DNA from: an uncultured Verrucomicrobiae bacterium
GTDB lineage: Bacteria > Verrucomicrobiota > Verrucomicrobiia > Chthoniobacterales > Chthoniobacteraceae
Direction: 5' to 3'
Assembly (NCBI GenBank): GCA_963828525.1
Contig: CAWHEP010000008.1
Coordinates: 256,001-320,000 of the forward strand
Length of the DNA stretch: 64,000 nucleotides
Made by a program: the position numbers and the translations under genes. Below the pieces are notes generated by a model, which saw only the letters and a program-made list of their open reading frames with translations, had not been told where the DNA came from and did no database searches. Positions 43,966 to 53,597 of the stretch are shown one piece after another. The stretch's first letter is position 1, and the number at the start of each line of letters is the position of its first letter.

Positions 43966-45324
43966 ATGGGCGCTCCGCCCGCGGTCACCCTCTATAGTCC
44001 AGATCCGCAGCACTTATGGAACCGTCTGTACTCCTCGCTATTTTTGCGTGTGGATGCGGGCGGCAACAGGTTTGGCCCTGATTCACTCGATGTTCTCCTC
44101 TGGACTGACACGAAACATTTACTCACCGAGCCGACTCACGGGCGCGCAATAAGAGTGTTGGAGGAATTTAACGAGACCCACGCCGAGAAGCTGATTGAGT
44201 CTCCCTTGAAGCGAGCCGTCATGCAGCGCGATCTGTGGGCGGCTTACGACTGGACAGCGCGGATTCGATATCTTGCCGGCAAGAACTCCGTTTTGGTCGC
44301 TGCGGTGAGCGAGCTTCAGTCCCGGCTGGCTGCGGTTATGAAGCGCATCGCCCTAACCAGAGAGGAGATCGCCGCGCTGCCTAACAACTACGCCGCCGCG
44401 GTCGTGGGCGGCAAGTTCCCAGCCGAACCTGACCCGTCTCATCCAGAAGCGCCTTTCCTGCCTTCATTGTTCCAGGCACAGAGCCCATGGTCCTGCCTCG
44501 GCGGCGGGGATGACCTACCGCTGGCGCTTCAGCATTCAAATGGATGCTCTCACCGCGCGGCTTTTCTCGTCTTCATACGACTGCCCGGTGGCAAGGCGAC
44601 GCTGCCCGCTTACCTGGAAGCGATCAGGAAATGTGTTCCTTACATCCCGGATCCGCATCCGGCGCGTCGCCGCTTTGGGGGCTTGGAGCCGATGAAACCA
44701 AACCCCGCCATGCCACAGATTCCCGCAGGCACTATGGTCGCCCTGATTCGCCAGATGCTCCTCATCGACAATGAGGGCCGCCCGACTGCCTCGCCTCTTA
44801 CGGAAAGCGCGCAACTCCGCGTCTATCGGCAGATCGTCGATGACCAGTCCGATTTCGACGGAGTACACGCGCAGTCCTTCTATGAATTCCTTATGGATCG
44901 AAAGGAACTATTCGCAAATGTTTCCGGCGGGCTGCGCGCCGTGGGAGAAGAAAACCGTGAGTTCGGATTTGGACCCGAGGTAGAGTTGACAGGCAGCGAC
45001 CCCTTCGACTCTGCCCAAGCCATAGAGGCGCCACGGCCGCGCCCACTTCAGAATTGTCTCATGTGCCACCGCGCGCCTGGTGTCTATTCGGTTAACAGCA
45101 TCGTTTCTCTGTTTAGTCGCAACAATCCCACGGCGTTGCAACTGCTCCATGTCACGAGCCCTGATGACGAACGGGAAAAGACCGTGAAGCATAAGTCGCA
45201 GTGGTTCCCGTTAACTGGGGCAACCCCGTTTGCGAATTCGGCCTTTGGTGGCATCTTTCCAAGTGCGAGCGACTCGTTATTTTCTGGTCTGCCTCCTGGC
45301 GGCCATGTCGATCGGGCGCGCTGA
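43966..45324 (+). CDS. Hypothetical, probably exported protein with one CxxCH motif; true start may lie upstream
   Basis: The frame is open upstream through a hydrophobic stretch (RVFCLIVLAGLPFL); NCLMCH near the C-terminus; overlaps the amidase gene. Confidence 0.65.
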   Translation: MGAPPAVTLYSPDPQHLWNRLYSSLFLRVDAGGNRFGPDSLDVLLWTDTKHLLTEPTHGRAIRVLEEFNETHAEKLIESPLKRAVMQRDLWAAYDWTARIRYLAGKNSVLVAAVSELQSRLAAVMKRIALTREEIAALPNNYAAAVVGGKFPAEPDPSHPEAPFLPSLFQAQSPWSCLGGGDDLPLALQHSNGCSHRAAFLVFIRLPGGKATLPAYLEAIRKCVPYIPDPHPARRRFGGLEPMKPNPAMPQIPAGTMVALIRQMLLIDNEGRPTASPLTESAQLRVYRQIVDDQSDFDGVHAQSFYEFLMDRKELFANVSGGLRAVGEENREFGFGPEVELTGSDPFDSAQAIEAPRPRPLQNCLMCHRAPGVYSVNSIVSLFSRNNPTALQLLHVTSPDDEREKTVKHKSQWFPLTGATPFANSAFGGIFPSASDSLFSGLPPGGHVDRAR

Positions 45325-46366
45325 GGATTGGAAACTCTACCGCTTCGAAGGCCGGGACTACGTCTCCCTGGACAATCTGGAGTCGTTCTATTCTTTCCCC
45401 CAGCAGGTGGTGCCGATTGCGAATAAAATCGCTGTCGATTCCGGTAAATCGCAGATCGAGTTCACTTTGAACAGCCGCGAGATCAATATAAACGGCGTCA
45501 CGCAGTGGCTCGGCTTTCCTTTGCGCTCCCAAGACGGGAAGATTCTGATTTCGCGCCTGGATCTAGCGAAGGTCGTTGAACCCATGCTGCGTCCAGAGAT
45601 GATCCAGGGCATGCAGCCTGTGAGGAACGTGGTCCTCGATCCCGGCCATGGGGGCTATGATAAAGGCGCTCTCAGCGCCTACGGTTGCGAGAAAGATTTC
45701 AGCCTGGACGTCTGTCGCCGAGCCAAAGAGAAGCTCGAAGAGGAAGGGTTCCGCGTGTTTCTTACCCGGGACAGCGACGTATTCATTCCGCTCGAGGAAA
45801 GGCCCGTGGCCGCAAATCGAATGTCCAACTCGATCTTTGTGAGTGTTCACTTTAATTCCTCTTCTGAGAATGGCTCCGCCAGCGGCTTTGAAGTCTTTTC
45901 TCTGACGCCCCGTGGAGCGCCCTCCACGGCTGACCAAAACCTCTCCATCCGCGATCTTCGCAGTGAGCCCGGCAACCCCGTTGATGTCCAGAGCGCCGCC
46001 CTCGCCGGGAGCGTTTACCACTCGCTGCTTGGCAATATCCCGCAGGTGGATCGCGGCGTGAAGCGGGCCCGATTTGCGGTTATCCGGCTGGCGACTGTCC
46101 CCTCCATCCTCGTCGAGGGAGGTTTTCTTTCAAATCCGGGAGATGCTTTGCTCATCGCAAACGCTTCGTGGCGCGAGAAGCTGGCAGATGCCATCGTGAC
46201 AGGCATAGGGAATTACAAAAGGCTTGCCGAAGAAAAGCTGCCTCCGAAACTCGTCGCGGACTACCGCCGCGCCCTGCCCAGCAGCATCACGCTCCGGGAC
46301 GCCCCCACTGTTCTTACAAACGCAAAGGCAACTCCGCAGGTGATGATCTCACCGCGCGACCCTTGA
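45230..46366 (+). CDS. N-acetylmuramoyl-L-alanine amidase (Amidase_3)
   Basis: VVLDPGHGGYD, EKDFSL, FVSVHFN, ILVEGGFLSN. Confidence 0.92.
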   Translation: MRIRPLVASFQVRATRYFLVCLLAAMSIGRAEDWKLYRFEGRDYVSLDNLESFYSFPQQVVPIANKIAVDSGKSQIEFTLNSREININGVTQWLGFPLRSQDGKILISRLDLAKVVEPMLRPEMIQGMQPVRNVVLDPGHGGYDKGALSAYGCEKDFSLDVCRRAKEKLEEEGFRVFLTRDSDVFIPLEERPVAANRMSNSIFVSVHFNSSSENGSASGFEVFSLTPRGAPSTADQNLSIRDLRSEPGNPVDVQSAALAGSVYHSLLGNIPQVDRGVKRARFAVIRLATVPSILVEGGFLSNPGDALLIANASWREKLADAIVTGIGNYKRLAEEKLPPKLVADYRRALPSSITLRDAPTVLTNAKATPQVMISPRDP

Positions 46367-46368
46367 AC

Positions 46369-47037
46369 TTACGCGCCGTCCCCGCGCGCCCATTCATTGG
46401 CGAAGTGCTGAAGCTCGGTAGCATTCTTGAGGCTTAGCTTCTCCTTGATGCGAGTTCGGTAGGTATCCACTGTCGCCAAGCCCAGGCTGAGGGACGAGGC
46501 GATCTCCTTGGTTGACTTGCCCCCTCCGATCAAGCGCAAGACCTCGAGTTCGCGGTCACTCAGTTTTTCAACAGGCTGCAGACCCGCCGGGCCGCGCTTT
46601 CCACTAAAGCTTTTCAGGAACCTGGACGTCATTTCCTCGCTCAGAAAGACTTCTCCGGCGAGAACGCGCCGGATAGCCGCCATGACCTTCTCGGAAGCTT
46701 CGTCCTTTGTAATGTATCCTCGTCCTCCCGCGCGGAGAACTCGCTCCGCATAGAGGGATTCATCGTGCATGGAGAGCACAAGAACCGGCACATCCAGATT
46801 CTGTGCTTTCATATTTTTGATGAGCTCGAGCCCGCTGGAGCCCTTTAGGGAGATATCCACCACCGCTATGTCCGGCTTTGTCTCGATGACAAGGTCCAGG
46901 GCGGGCCCGATGCTTGCCGCCTGTCCGCACACCTCCATGTCCGGCTCCTGGCCGATAAGATGGGCCAGCCTCTCGCAAAAGAGAGGGTGATCCTCGACGA
47001 TAGCTACTTTGATTTTTCGAACGGAAGTCTCGGACAT
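46369..47037 (-). CDS. NarL/LuxR-family response regulator
   Basis: IVEDHP, VVDISL, LSMHDE, LSDRELEVL HTH. Confidence 0.93.
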   Translation of the reverse strand: MSETSVRKIKVAIVEDHPLFCERLAHLIGQEPDMEVCGQAASIGPALDLVIETKPDIAVVDISLKGSSGLELIKNMKAQNLDVPVLVLSMHDESLYAERVLRAGGRGYITKDEASEKVMAAIRRVLAGEVFLSEEMTSRFLKSFSGKRGPAGLQPVEKLSDRELEVLRLIGGGKSTKEIASSLSLGLATVDTYRTRIKEKLSLKNATELQHFANEWARGDGA

Positions 47038-47072
47038 GCTAAGCACTAATGGGGCCATCAATAATTCGGAGA

Positions 47073-48089
47073 TCAACACCTCGCCTGGCGCAGCGACACG
47101 CAGACCCTTGTTCCGCCACCTTCTCCCGGCCCGAAAGTGATCGTGGCGCCAATCGTCCTCGCGCGGTAGCGCATGATGCTGAGACCCATGCCCTCCCCCG
47201 CCTCCGGCGTGGAACCCATGCCAACGCCATCATCTGTGATGGAGAGAACAATCTCCCCTTCCCCCGCTTCGAGCGAAATGTCAATGTGGGTGGGCTTGCC
47301 ATGCTTGATCGCGTTGTTCAGAGCCTCCTGGGTGATTCGGTAAAGGTGATTTGAAGTATTGGCGTCTGGCATGGGCGGCGACGTATTGCATTCGAAAGCG
47401 CAAGGTATTTCCACCAGCCTGCTCGTGCGCGTGGTCAACTCCTGAAGCGCGGACTCGAGTCCATTATCCTCCTTGCGAATGGGAAATAAACCACGCGCCA
47501 GATTCCGCGTTTCTGTGACGCCTTTTTTGATAAGATCCTCAATGTCAGCCGCGGCAGAAATATGGGAAGATCGCTCTACTGACAAGTCTCTTCGCAAGGA
47601 GGCCGCCGCGCAAGCCACCGCCGCGAAATACTGACACAAGCCGTCGTGCAAATCCTGCCCGATCCGCTCCTGCTCGCGTTCGCTGACGCTCAGGATTTCC
47701 CGCTCCAGGCGCCTTGAGCGTTCCAGCAGCGCGATGCGCGCCCATGTCTGATCCCGCTCCGCCTTCATCGCCGCCCCTCCCGATACTATGAAAAGAAACA
47801 TGCAGAGGCGCACGAGAGTCTCCCAACCCTGATGCCAGTTCACAAGATACGGATGCCCCGCCCGAGTGTCCGCCCACCACCAGACGAGGGCGCTTAGTAG
47901 AGCGAAAAAGTACGCCCATTTCCTGTCCACGAACCAAATCACGAACAAAATCGGGATCCCGTAGAACAACGTAAAACTCAGTTCGTACCCGGTGATGAAA
48001 TCCAGAAAGCCGATTACGAGGAGGATCAAGAGGGCCTCCCCCAGGAGGAGCGCTTTTGGCTGCCGCCCGATGCGCGAAACAAAGTCCAT
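47073..48089 (-). CDS. Membrane sensor histidine kinase (HisKA_3)
   Basis: N-terminal TM helices; EREQERIGQDLHDGLCQ, QEALNNAIKH, DDGVG, GMGL. Confidence 0.92.
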   Translation of the reverse strand: MDFVSRIGRQPKALLLGEALLILLVIGFLDFITGYELSFTLFYGIPILFVIWFVDRKWAYFFALLSALVWWWADTRAGHPYLVNWHQGWETLVRLCMFLFIVSGGAAMKAERDQTWARIALLERSRRLEREILSVSEREQERIGQDLHDGLCQYFAAVACAAASLRRDLSVERSSHISAAADIEDLIKKGVTETRNLARGLFPIRKEDNGLESALQELTTRTSRLVEIPCAFECNTSPPMPDANTSNHLYRITQEALNNAIKHGKPTHIDISLEAGEGEIVLSITDDGVGMGSTPEAGEGMGLSIMRYRARTIGATITFGPGEGGGTRVCVSLRQARC

Positions 48090-48142
48090 GAGCAGAGGGG
48101 TATCCGCAGGTTTCGCGCCATCCCTCTTGTGGCGGGCAGACT

Positions 48143-50299
48143 CTACACTATCCAATTGCGCAGCGCGTACTCGCTGGATGGGGCCGTTAGCTTGATAGGA
48201 TCGTTTTCCGGATAGGATTCGCGCTCGATGCCGTCCTTCAGGATTTGCGCTTTGAAGCTCACAGGGGCATCTTCCCCCACCCCCAGGTCCGCGAGCAAGA
48301 GAGTCCACACAATTGTCTCGCCCGCGACGAGCGTGTCTCGCGAAAGGTCTTTACCGCGAGGTCTCTTGATGGTGAATACCTGTCTGCCTGGAGTTGTTAG
48401 CGCCAGCGTCCGGGCGATGTAGCCAGCAGGTTGTGAGAAATGGATTGCAAGGGATATCCCGGCCCACCGCGAGAGGTCCAGCCGAAGGCACAGGCGAGTA
48501 TCGTCGAAGCCGAAAAGCATCTTCTCGAGTAACCGCTCGGATCGATACATCGCGCCCTGCTCCGCGCCCGCCGTGTAGGAGCCCGCCCCAATCCAGTCGA
48601 AATAGGATCCGCCAGAACCCGTGAGCTTTGGCGAGATGAGATTCTGCGGTTGCTCATAAACCTGCGTGGATCGCGTCCGATTGATGGCCAGATCCAGATT
48701 GGCGGGTGGAACGTCCCCGCAGATGATATAAACATTCTTTAAATGCTGCCGGAATAGCTCGTCGAAGAGATCATCGTTTTCCGTGCTGAAATCCGGCCCA
48801 TACCACCAAAACCAATCGCTGCCTTCAGCCGCGTAAATCTCCTGCAAGGCAGCCTCTTCCTGCTTTTTCTTCAAAGCGCCAGCGTCAAGTCGTCCCTGCA
48901 GAAACTGGCGCGTCTCACCCAGCAGGTCCCACGCTTTGTTCTCCTCCGCTTCGCCGATCCAGATATCGAAGTTGCTGCTGATCCACGAGCCGGTATGGAG
49001 GGTCGTAATCTCGCGGCGGGGAGGATGGTGCTTGAAGTAGGTCTCGATAGTGCAGCTATGCAACCGGTCAGGACTCGCCAGTATGCCTCCATAAAGCGCT
49101 TTGAGGAATGCTTCGCCTCCATCACGGAATGTTTCCCATGCATTCTCCCCGTCCAGCATCAATGGAATCAAACCCGTATCGCGGGGCACGACATCCGCGA
49201 TCTGGTGGAGGTGGTGCAGAAGATGGGCGGCGGCAGCCTCAGGATCATTTTTCGCGGCCATGAACCCGATGAAATCCGAGAGCGGCTTCTCCCTGAATAG
49301 GGCGTTAACGGAAGAGCCAGCAGAGCGCACCTGCCAGCCTTGAAACAGCTCCAGGTGATCTATTCCCGAGTGCTGCCGCGTTACATCCCGCTTGAGAGAA
49401 TTGAAGAGGTTTTCCTCGTCGCTGCAAAAGTATTCTATCCCAGCTTCCTGCATGAGCGGGATCAACTCTGGAGCGATGGACCCCTCCGAAGGCCAAAGCC
49501 CGCGCGGCTTTCTCCCAAATAGGGCGGCGTGCTGCTCTACGGCAAGCCGAAGGTGAGCAGCCGCGTCCTGAGGCCAATGGAAGCGCTTGGGGAACGATCT
49601 GCCCGGCAAACTCCGCTCCGCGAAGGCGGAGTCATACACCAGCGGGAGGATCGGGTGGTAGAAAGGCGTGGTCGTGAGCTCCACCTGGCCCCGGGCCTCG
49701 GCATCCGCGTATTTCCGCAGGACAAGCGCCATGATCTCCAGGTGGATGGCGAGAACCCGTCCCTTTTCCTCTTCGGTGAAGTTGCGCCCTTTCTCCCGGA
49801 GTTCGCGCAGTTCCGGATACAACCGGAAAGCAGTGTAACCGCACCATGCAAGGTTAAACCACACCTGCAGATCCAGAAACTCTTGGGTCGTAAAGTATCG
49901 AAGGCCGCGCCGCACATCATCCCGATAGAGAGTCAGCCCGCGCTTGTTGAGCAACTCCCAATAGCGGGGTTCAGGCTTAAGCAGGTTATCCCAATTGATC
50001 TTGAAGAAATTTTCGAGCAACGAAAACTTTTCGTCATCGTTCAGTTCGGCAGCAGGCTTCCGCGACCAGTCGAGCCACAGGTCCTTGATCTCGCCATCCA
50101 CAAGCTCCTTGACCTGAAGCAGGAGAACCGGTGTGAGGTTAAAGTTAACCCGAATGCCGGGGAACTCCTCGATTACCGAAACCATGTCGAGATAGCCTTT
50201 GACGCAATGAAGACGCACCCAGGGCATCATCGCGGTCCTCGTCACAGGATTGACGTAGTACGGCTGGTGCATGTGCCATAGGAAAACAACGTTCGCCAC
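48143..50299 (-). CDS. Glycoside hydrolase family 57 (amylopullulanase-like)
   Basis: HMHQP, TTPFYHPILP, WPSEG (nucleophile), LDGENAWE (acid/base), AEGSDWFWW. Confidence 0.93.
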   Translation of the reverse strand: MANVVFLWHMHQPYYVNPVTRTAMMPWVRLHCVKGYLDMVSVIEEFPGIRVNFNLTPVLLLQVKELVDGEIKDLWLDWSRKPAAELNDDEKFSLLENFFKINWDNLLKPEPRYWELLNKRGLTLYRDDVRRGLRYFTTQEFLDLQVWFNLAWCGYTAFRLYPELRELREKGRNFTEEEKGRVLAIHLEIMALVLRKYADAEARGQVELTTTPFYHPILPLVYDSAFAERSLPGRSFPKRFHWPQDAAAHLRLAVEQHAALFGRKPRGLWPSEGSIAPELIPLMQEAGIEYFCSDEENLFNSLKRDVTRQHSGIDHLELFQGWQVRSAGSSVNALFREKPLSDFIGFMAAKNDPEAAAAHLLHHLHQIADVVPRDTGLIPLMLDGENAWETFRDGGEAFLKALYGGILASPDRLHSCTIETYFKHHPPRREITTLHTGSWISSNFDIWIGEAEENKAWDLLGETRQFLQGRLDAGALKKKQEEAALQEIYAAEGSDWFWWYGPDFSTENDDLFDELFRQHLKNVYIICGDVPPANLDLAINRTRSTQVYEQPQNLISPKLTGSGGSYFDWIGAGSYTAGAEQGAMYRSERLLEKMLFGFDDTRLCLRLDLSRWAGISLAIHFSQPAGYIARTLALTTPGRQVFTIKRPRGKDLSRDTLVAGETIVWTLLLADLGVGEDAPVSFKAQILKDGIERESYPENDPIKLTAPSSEYALRNWIV

Positions 50300-50431
50300 A
50301 CCGCATCCCTATCAGGAGACCGGAAGAAGGCAATTTCCGATTTGCAAGGAAGTCGTGACATAAAGTGCCTCAAACCTCCGGCAGACAAAAAGAAAGGCGT
50401 CCTCCCTGCTACCGGGTTTAGATTCATACCA

Positions 50432-51595
50432 ATGCCCGCAGTTTCCCAACGCCCGATGACAATCCTTGTAGCCGATGACGACTCGCTTAGCCGGAAGCTT
50501 CTGGCGCGTCATCTTCAAGGTCGCGGGTTCGAAGTTCTTGAATGCGGCACTGGAGCTGAAGCCCTGCGGATCCTCGAAGAGATGCGAGTGTCCCTGCTTG
50601 TTCTGGACTACGAAATGCCGGGCCTGAGCGGTCCACAGGTTTGCGCTAAAATCCGGGAACAACCCCATCTGGCCCAGATACCCATCATTCTTCTGACGGC
50701 GCATGCCGGGGATGAGCACGAGGTGGAGTCGTTAGAAGCTGGGGCAAACGACTTCGTGACAAAGCCTGTGAATCTGGCCGTGCTGAAAGCCCGGATCGAT
50801 ACCCACCTGGGATTATTCTCAATGCGAGAGCAGCTGAAAGACCAGAATGACGAACTGGAGAAATGGCGGCGGGATCACGAGCTAGATCTGGAAGCGGCGC
50901 GGCTGACACAGCAGGCGATCCTTCCGCAGCGTGTCCCCAGCCTTGCGGGTTGGAGTTTCGCATCCACTTTCCGGCCTTTGATCCAGGTGGGAGGCGATAT
51001 GTACGACTGGCTGCTCCTTTCGGACGACAGGCTGCTGCTCTGGATTTCCGACGCAACGGGTCATGGAGTAAGCGCTGCTCTCTTCACGACCCTTGCAAAG
51101 CTCCTTTTCCGCCACGCGGGCGGTGAGCATACTTCTCCTGCCGCGATCATGGACCAGGTCAATCGTGAATTTTTCGCGATTTTCAAAGGCCGCTCTTACA
51201 TGACCGGCGCGTGCGTCGCCCTGCACCGCGGCTCTGGAGAAGTTACTTTTGCCGGAGCGGGGCATCCCCCTTTGCTGATCGTGCGATCGGGGGGCCTCGT
51301 CGAGGCGATGGAGTCGTATTCACCTCCTCTCGGCATCCGGAGTGATTCTTCCCAGCAGGATTCCACCGGCCAGCTCGGGCAGAACGACGCGCTGCTCCTT
51401 TACACCGACGGGCTGTACGGAACGAGCAACTCGGAGGGCGAACGGCTCACCCATGTGGAGATGGCGGAGTTGGCAAGTCCCGCGAACCAGTCCGCCGAGC
51501 AGTTTCTCGATCGTCTGGTTTCCAATATTAATGCGTGCTCAGGCGGCAACGCGTTCTCGGATGACATCGCGGCTGTGGCGGCGGTTCGTGGCTGA
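50432..51595 (+). CDS. Response regulator with PP2C/SpoIIE phosphatase output (RsbU/RsbP-like)
   Basis: REC (VADDD, LDYEMP, FVTKP) plus VGGDMYD, SDATGHG, AGHPP, YTDGL, DDI. Confidence 0.92.
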   Translation: MPAVSQRPMTILVADDDSLSRKLLARHLQGRGFEVLECGTGAEALRILEEMRVSLLVLDYEMPGLSGPQVCAKIREQPHLAQIPIILLTAHAGDEHEVESLEAGANDFVTKPVNLAVLKARIDTHLGLFSMREQLKDQNDELEKWRRDHELDLEAARLTQQAILPQRVPSLAGWSFASTFRPLIQVGGDMYDWLLLSDDRLLLWISDATGHGVSAALFTTLAKLLFRHAGGEHTSPAAIMDQVNREFFAIFKGRSYMTGACVALHRGSGEVTFAGAGHPPLLIVRSGGLVEAMESYSPPLGIRSDSSQQDSTGQLGQNDALLLYTDGLYGTSNSEGERLTHVEMAELASPANQSAEQFLDRLVSNINACSGGNAFSDDIAAVAAVRG

Positions 51596-51781
51596 TAGGC
51601 GGGAGTCGCGGGCAGAGTCGGTGCCCCCCTAAGGCTCTTTTCCATGTCTTCCTGCCAGCAAGCTCCCGGTCTCCCGCTGGGAAATATGCTATTCCAGCAG
51701 GAAAAACTTGCATCCCATGGCGAAAAGGAGAATATATCGGCGACCATACCCCATTACCTCGTGCTTTAAAGTATTTCCATT

Positions 51782-53224
51782 ATGACGAAACGCCCTTTTA
51801 CCTCTTTCAGGACATGCATTTCCGTGCTTTCCGGAATCAGTCTTCTTTTCACCGCCCAAGCTGCTTTGGCCGATACTGCCGCTCAGACGGCGATTAAGAA
51901 GAACCTCGGGAACCTTCTCATCACGTCACCGCAGACGCCAGACTCCGTTCTGCTTTCGGCGATCATTATGGCCGCTCAGCAGAATCCGACCATGGCTGCT
52001 GCGATCGCGTCCGCTGCCCTCACGCCGGTCTCTTCCGAAGGAAACAAGGTTCGTTTCGATAGCGCTGTTTTGTCGCCAACCATTACGTTGGACGTCCTTT
52101 CCGCTCTTCATCTTACCTCCCTTCCCGCTGTTCAGAACGTCACCACCTCGGTGATTTCCAGCCTCATCAGCAACGCGCTCCCATCCCAGATGGGGCCGAC
52201 GATCGCGACGTTCGTTGGTCAGGTCACTGGCGCTGCCGCTAGTCAACTTACAAGCACTTCGGCGCGAACGAGTCTTGCCAATAGCGAAATCAGTGGATTT
52301 CAGTCAGCCGATCCTTTTGTCCAGACCGGAATCGCGCAAGCGCTTGTTCCAATCGTTCGTTCTTCCGACACCACGACGTTTGCGAACCTTCATTCCTTTG
52401 AGAATGGCATTCTCGCCGGACGCTCCGTGTTCTCAAAGGATGCGATTACACAGGGACTGGTAAAAGGCGATCCAGCCGATGCGCAGCAGATCGTTTCGTT
52501 TGCTCTTGGCGTGGACGCCACCAATCCAAATGGAATCTCAGCGGCATTTCTGCCGACATTCCTGAGCGATATCACGGTAGCCAACAGCGCTCCCCTCTCC
52601 TCACCACGCCCGGTTAGCTTTGATCAGATAAGCGGCATTCTGGTCGGCGCCATGCCCCAGTTGTCAAACCTGAATGAGATCGCCGCCGTCGCGACCCGAT
52701 TCGGGCAGGATTTCGCTCAGCGCAAACTCGATGTTGGCGACATCAACCCCATCGCGGATCGTCTAGCCAACGATATCTTCATTGCAACGGCAGGTAACCA
52801 GTCGGCGCGGGACGCCGCAATTGCCGCTCTCGTTGGCACTTTGGATATCGGACTCGTTCAGCGTAATGATTTCACCGGACCCACATCGCAGTCCGCCTTC
52901 GAGCAGATGGAAACGAAGAACGCTGAGCTGGCACTCATCGAAGTTGCTGATCGCCTGGCAAAGCTCGATCCTTCGGCCGCCCCTCTCATTGCTGGGCAGG
53001 TCACCCAAATATTCAACGCTCCCGGAATGAAGTCGTCCCGCCTCGCCAACAGCCAAGCCACAGCAACGGAAATGGCGCTAATTGCCAAGCTGCTGAGCGA
53101 CCTCAAACAGATCGACCCCACTCAGCAGGGGCAAATCCAAATGGCGTCGAACAATGCCCGCTCCAGTCAAACAGCTTCCCCCATCGGATTTCCAGGTTAC
53201 GAGTCCGCTGACGAGAACGAGTAG
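51782..53224 (+). CDS. Secreted Ala/Ser/Thr-rich hypothetical protein with helical P-x-x-A-x-x-I repeats
   Basis: Signal peptide ending ALA; NPTMAAAIA, DPADAQQIV, DPSAAPLIA, DPTQQGQIQ. Confidence 0.75.
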   Translation: MTKRPFTSFRTCISVLSGISLLFTAQAALADTAAQTAIKKNLGNLLITSPQTPDSVLLSAIIMAAQQNPTMAAAIASAALTPVSSEGNKVRFDSAVLSPTITLDVLSALHLTSLPAVQNVTTSVISSLISNALPSQMGPTIATFVGQVTGAAASQLTSTSARTSLANSEISGFQSADPFVQTGIAQALVPIVRSSDTTTFANLHSFENGILAGRSVFSKDAITQGLVKGDPADAQQIVSFALGVDATNPNGISAAFLPTFLSDITVANSAPLSSPRPVSFDQISGILVGAMPQLSNLNEIAAVATRFGQDFAQRKLDVGDINPIADRLANDIFIATAGNQSARDAAIAALVGTLDIGLVQRNDFTGPTSQSAFEQMETKNAELALIEVADRLAKLDPSAAPLIAGQVTQIFNAPGMKSSRLANSQATATEMALIAKLLSDLKQIDPTQQGQIQMASNNARSSQTASPIGFPGYESADENE

Positions 53225-53249
53225 ACCATCGGCGAGTCTTTTGTGAAAG

Positions 53250-53279
53250 ACCCAGAGGGCGTTCCCCTCTGGGTTTTTT
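53250..53279 (+). terminator. Rho-independent terminator between the convergent CDS and tRNA, possibly bidirectional
   Basis: ACCCAGAGGG-cgttc-CCCTCTGGGT followed by TTTTT. Confidence 0.85.
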
Positions 53280-53290
53280 ATTTGTTGGAA

Positions 53291-53363
<73 letters not shown>

Positions 53364-53597
53364 GTAACGCCCTGACTGTAAGTCACTTGAAGCATTGCGC
53401 AAATATCGACTTTCATACGATTTCTAAACGTGTACGCAACGTCACACGGCATCTTTCTCATGAAAACCACAAAGTGGCTGGAGCAAGGACGATAGAATGT
53501 GTTGAGATAAGTTCCACCTATTTGGGGGAATGCCAACGTGAGGCATCCCTCGGAAAGTTCTGCTTCCCGCCGCTGAGCCTGACGCTACGTTTTAGCC

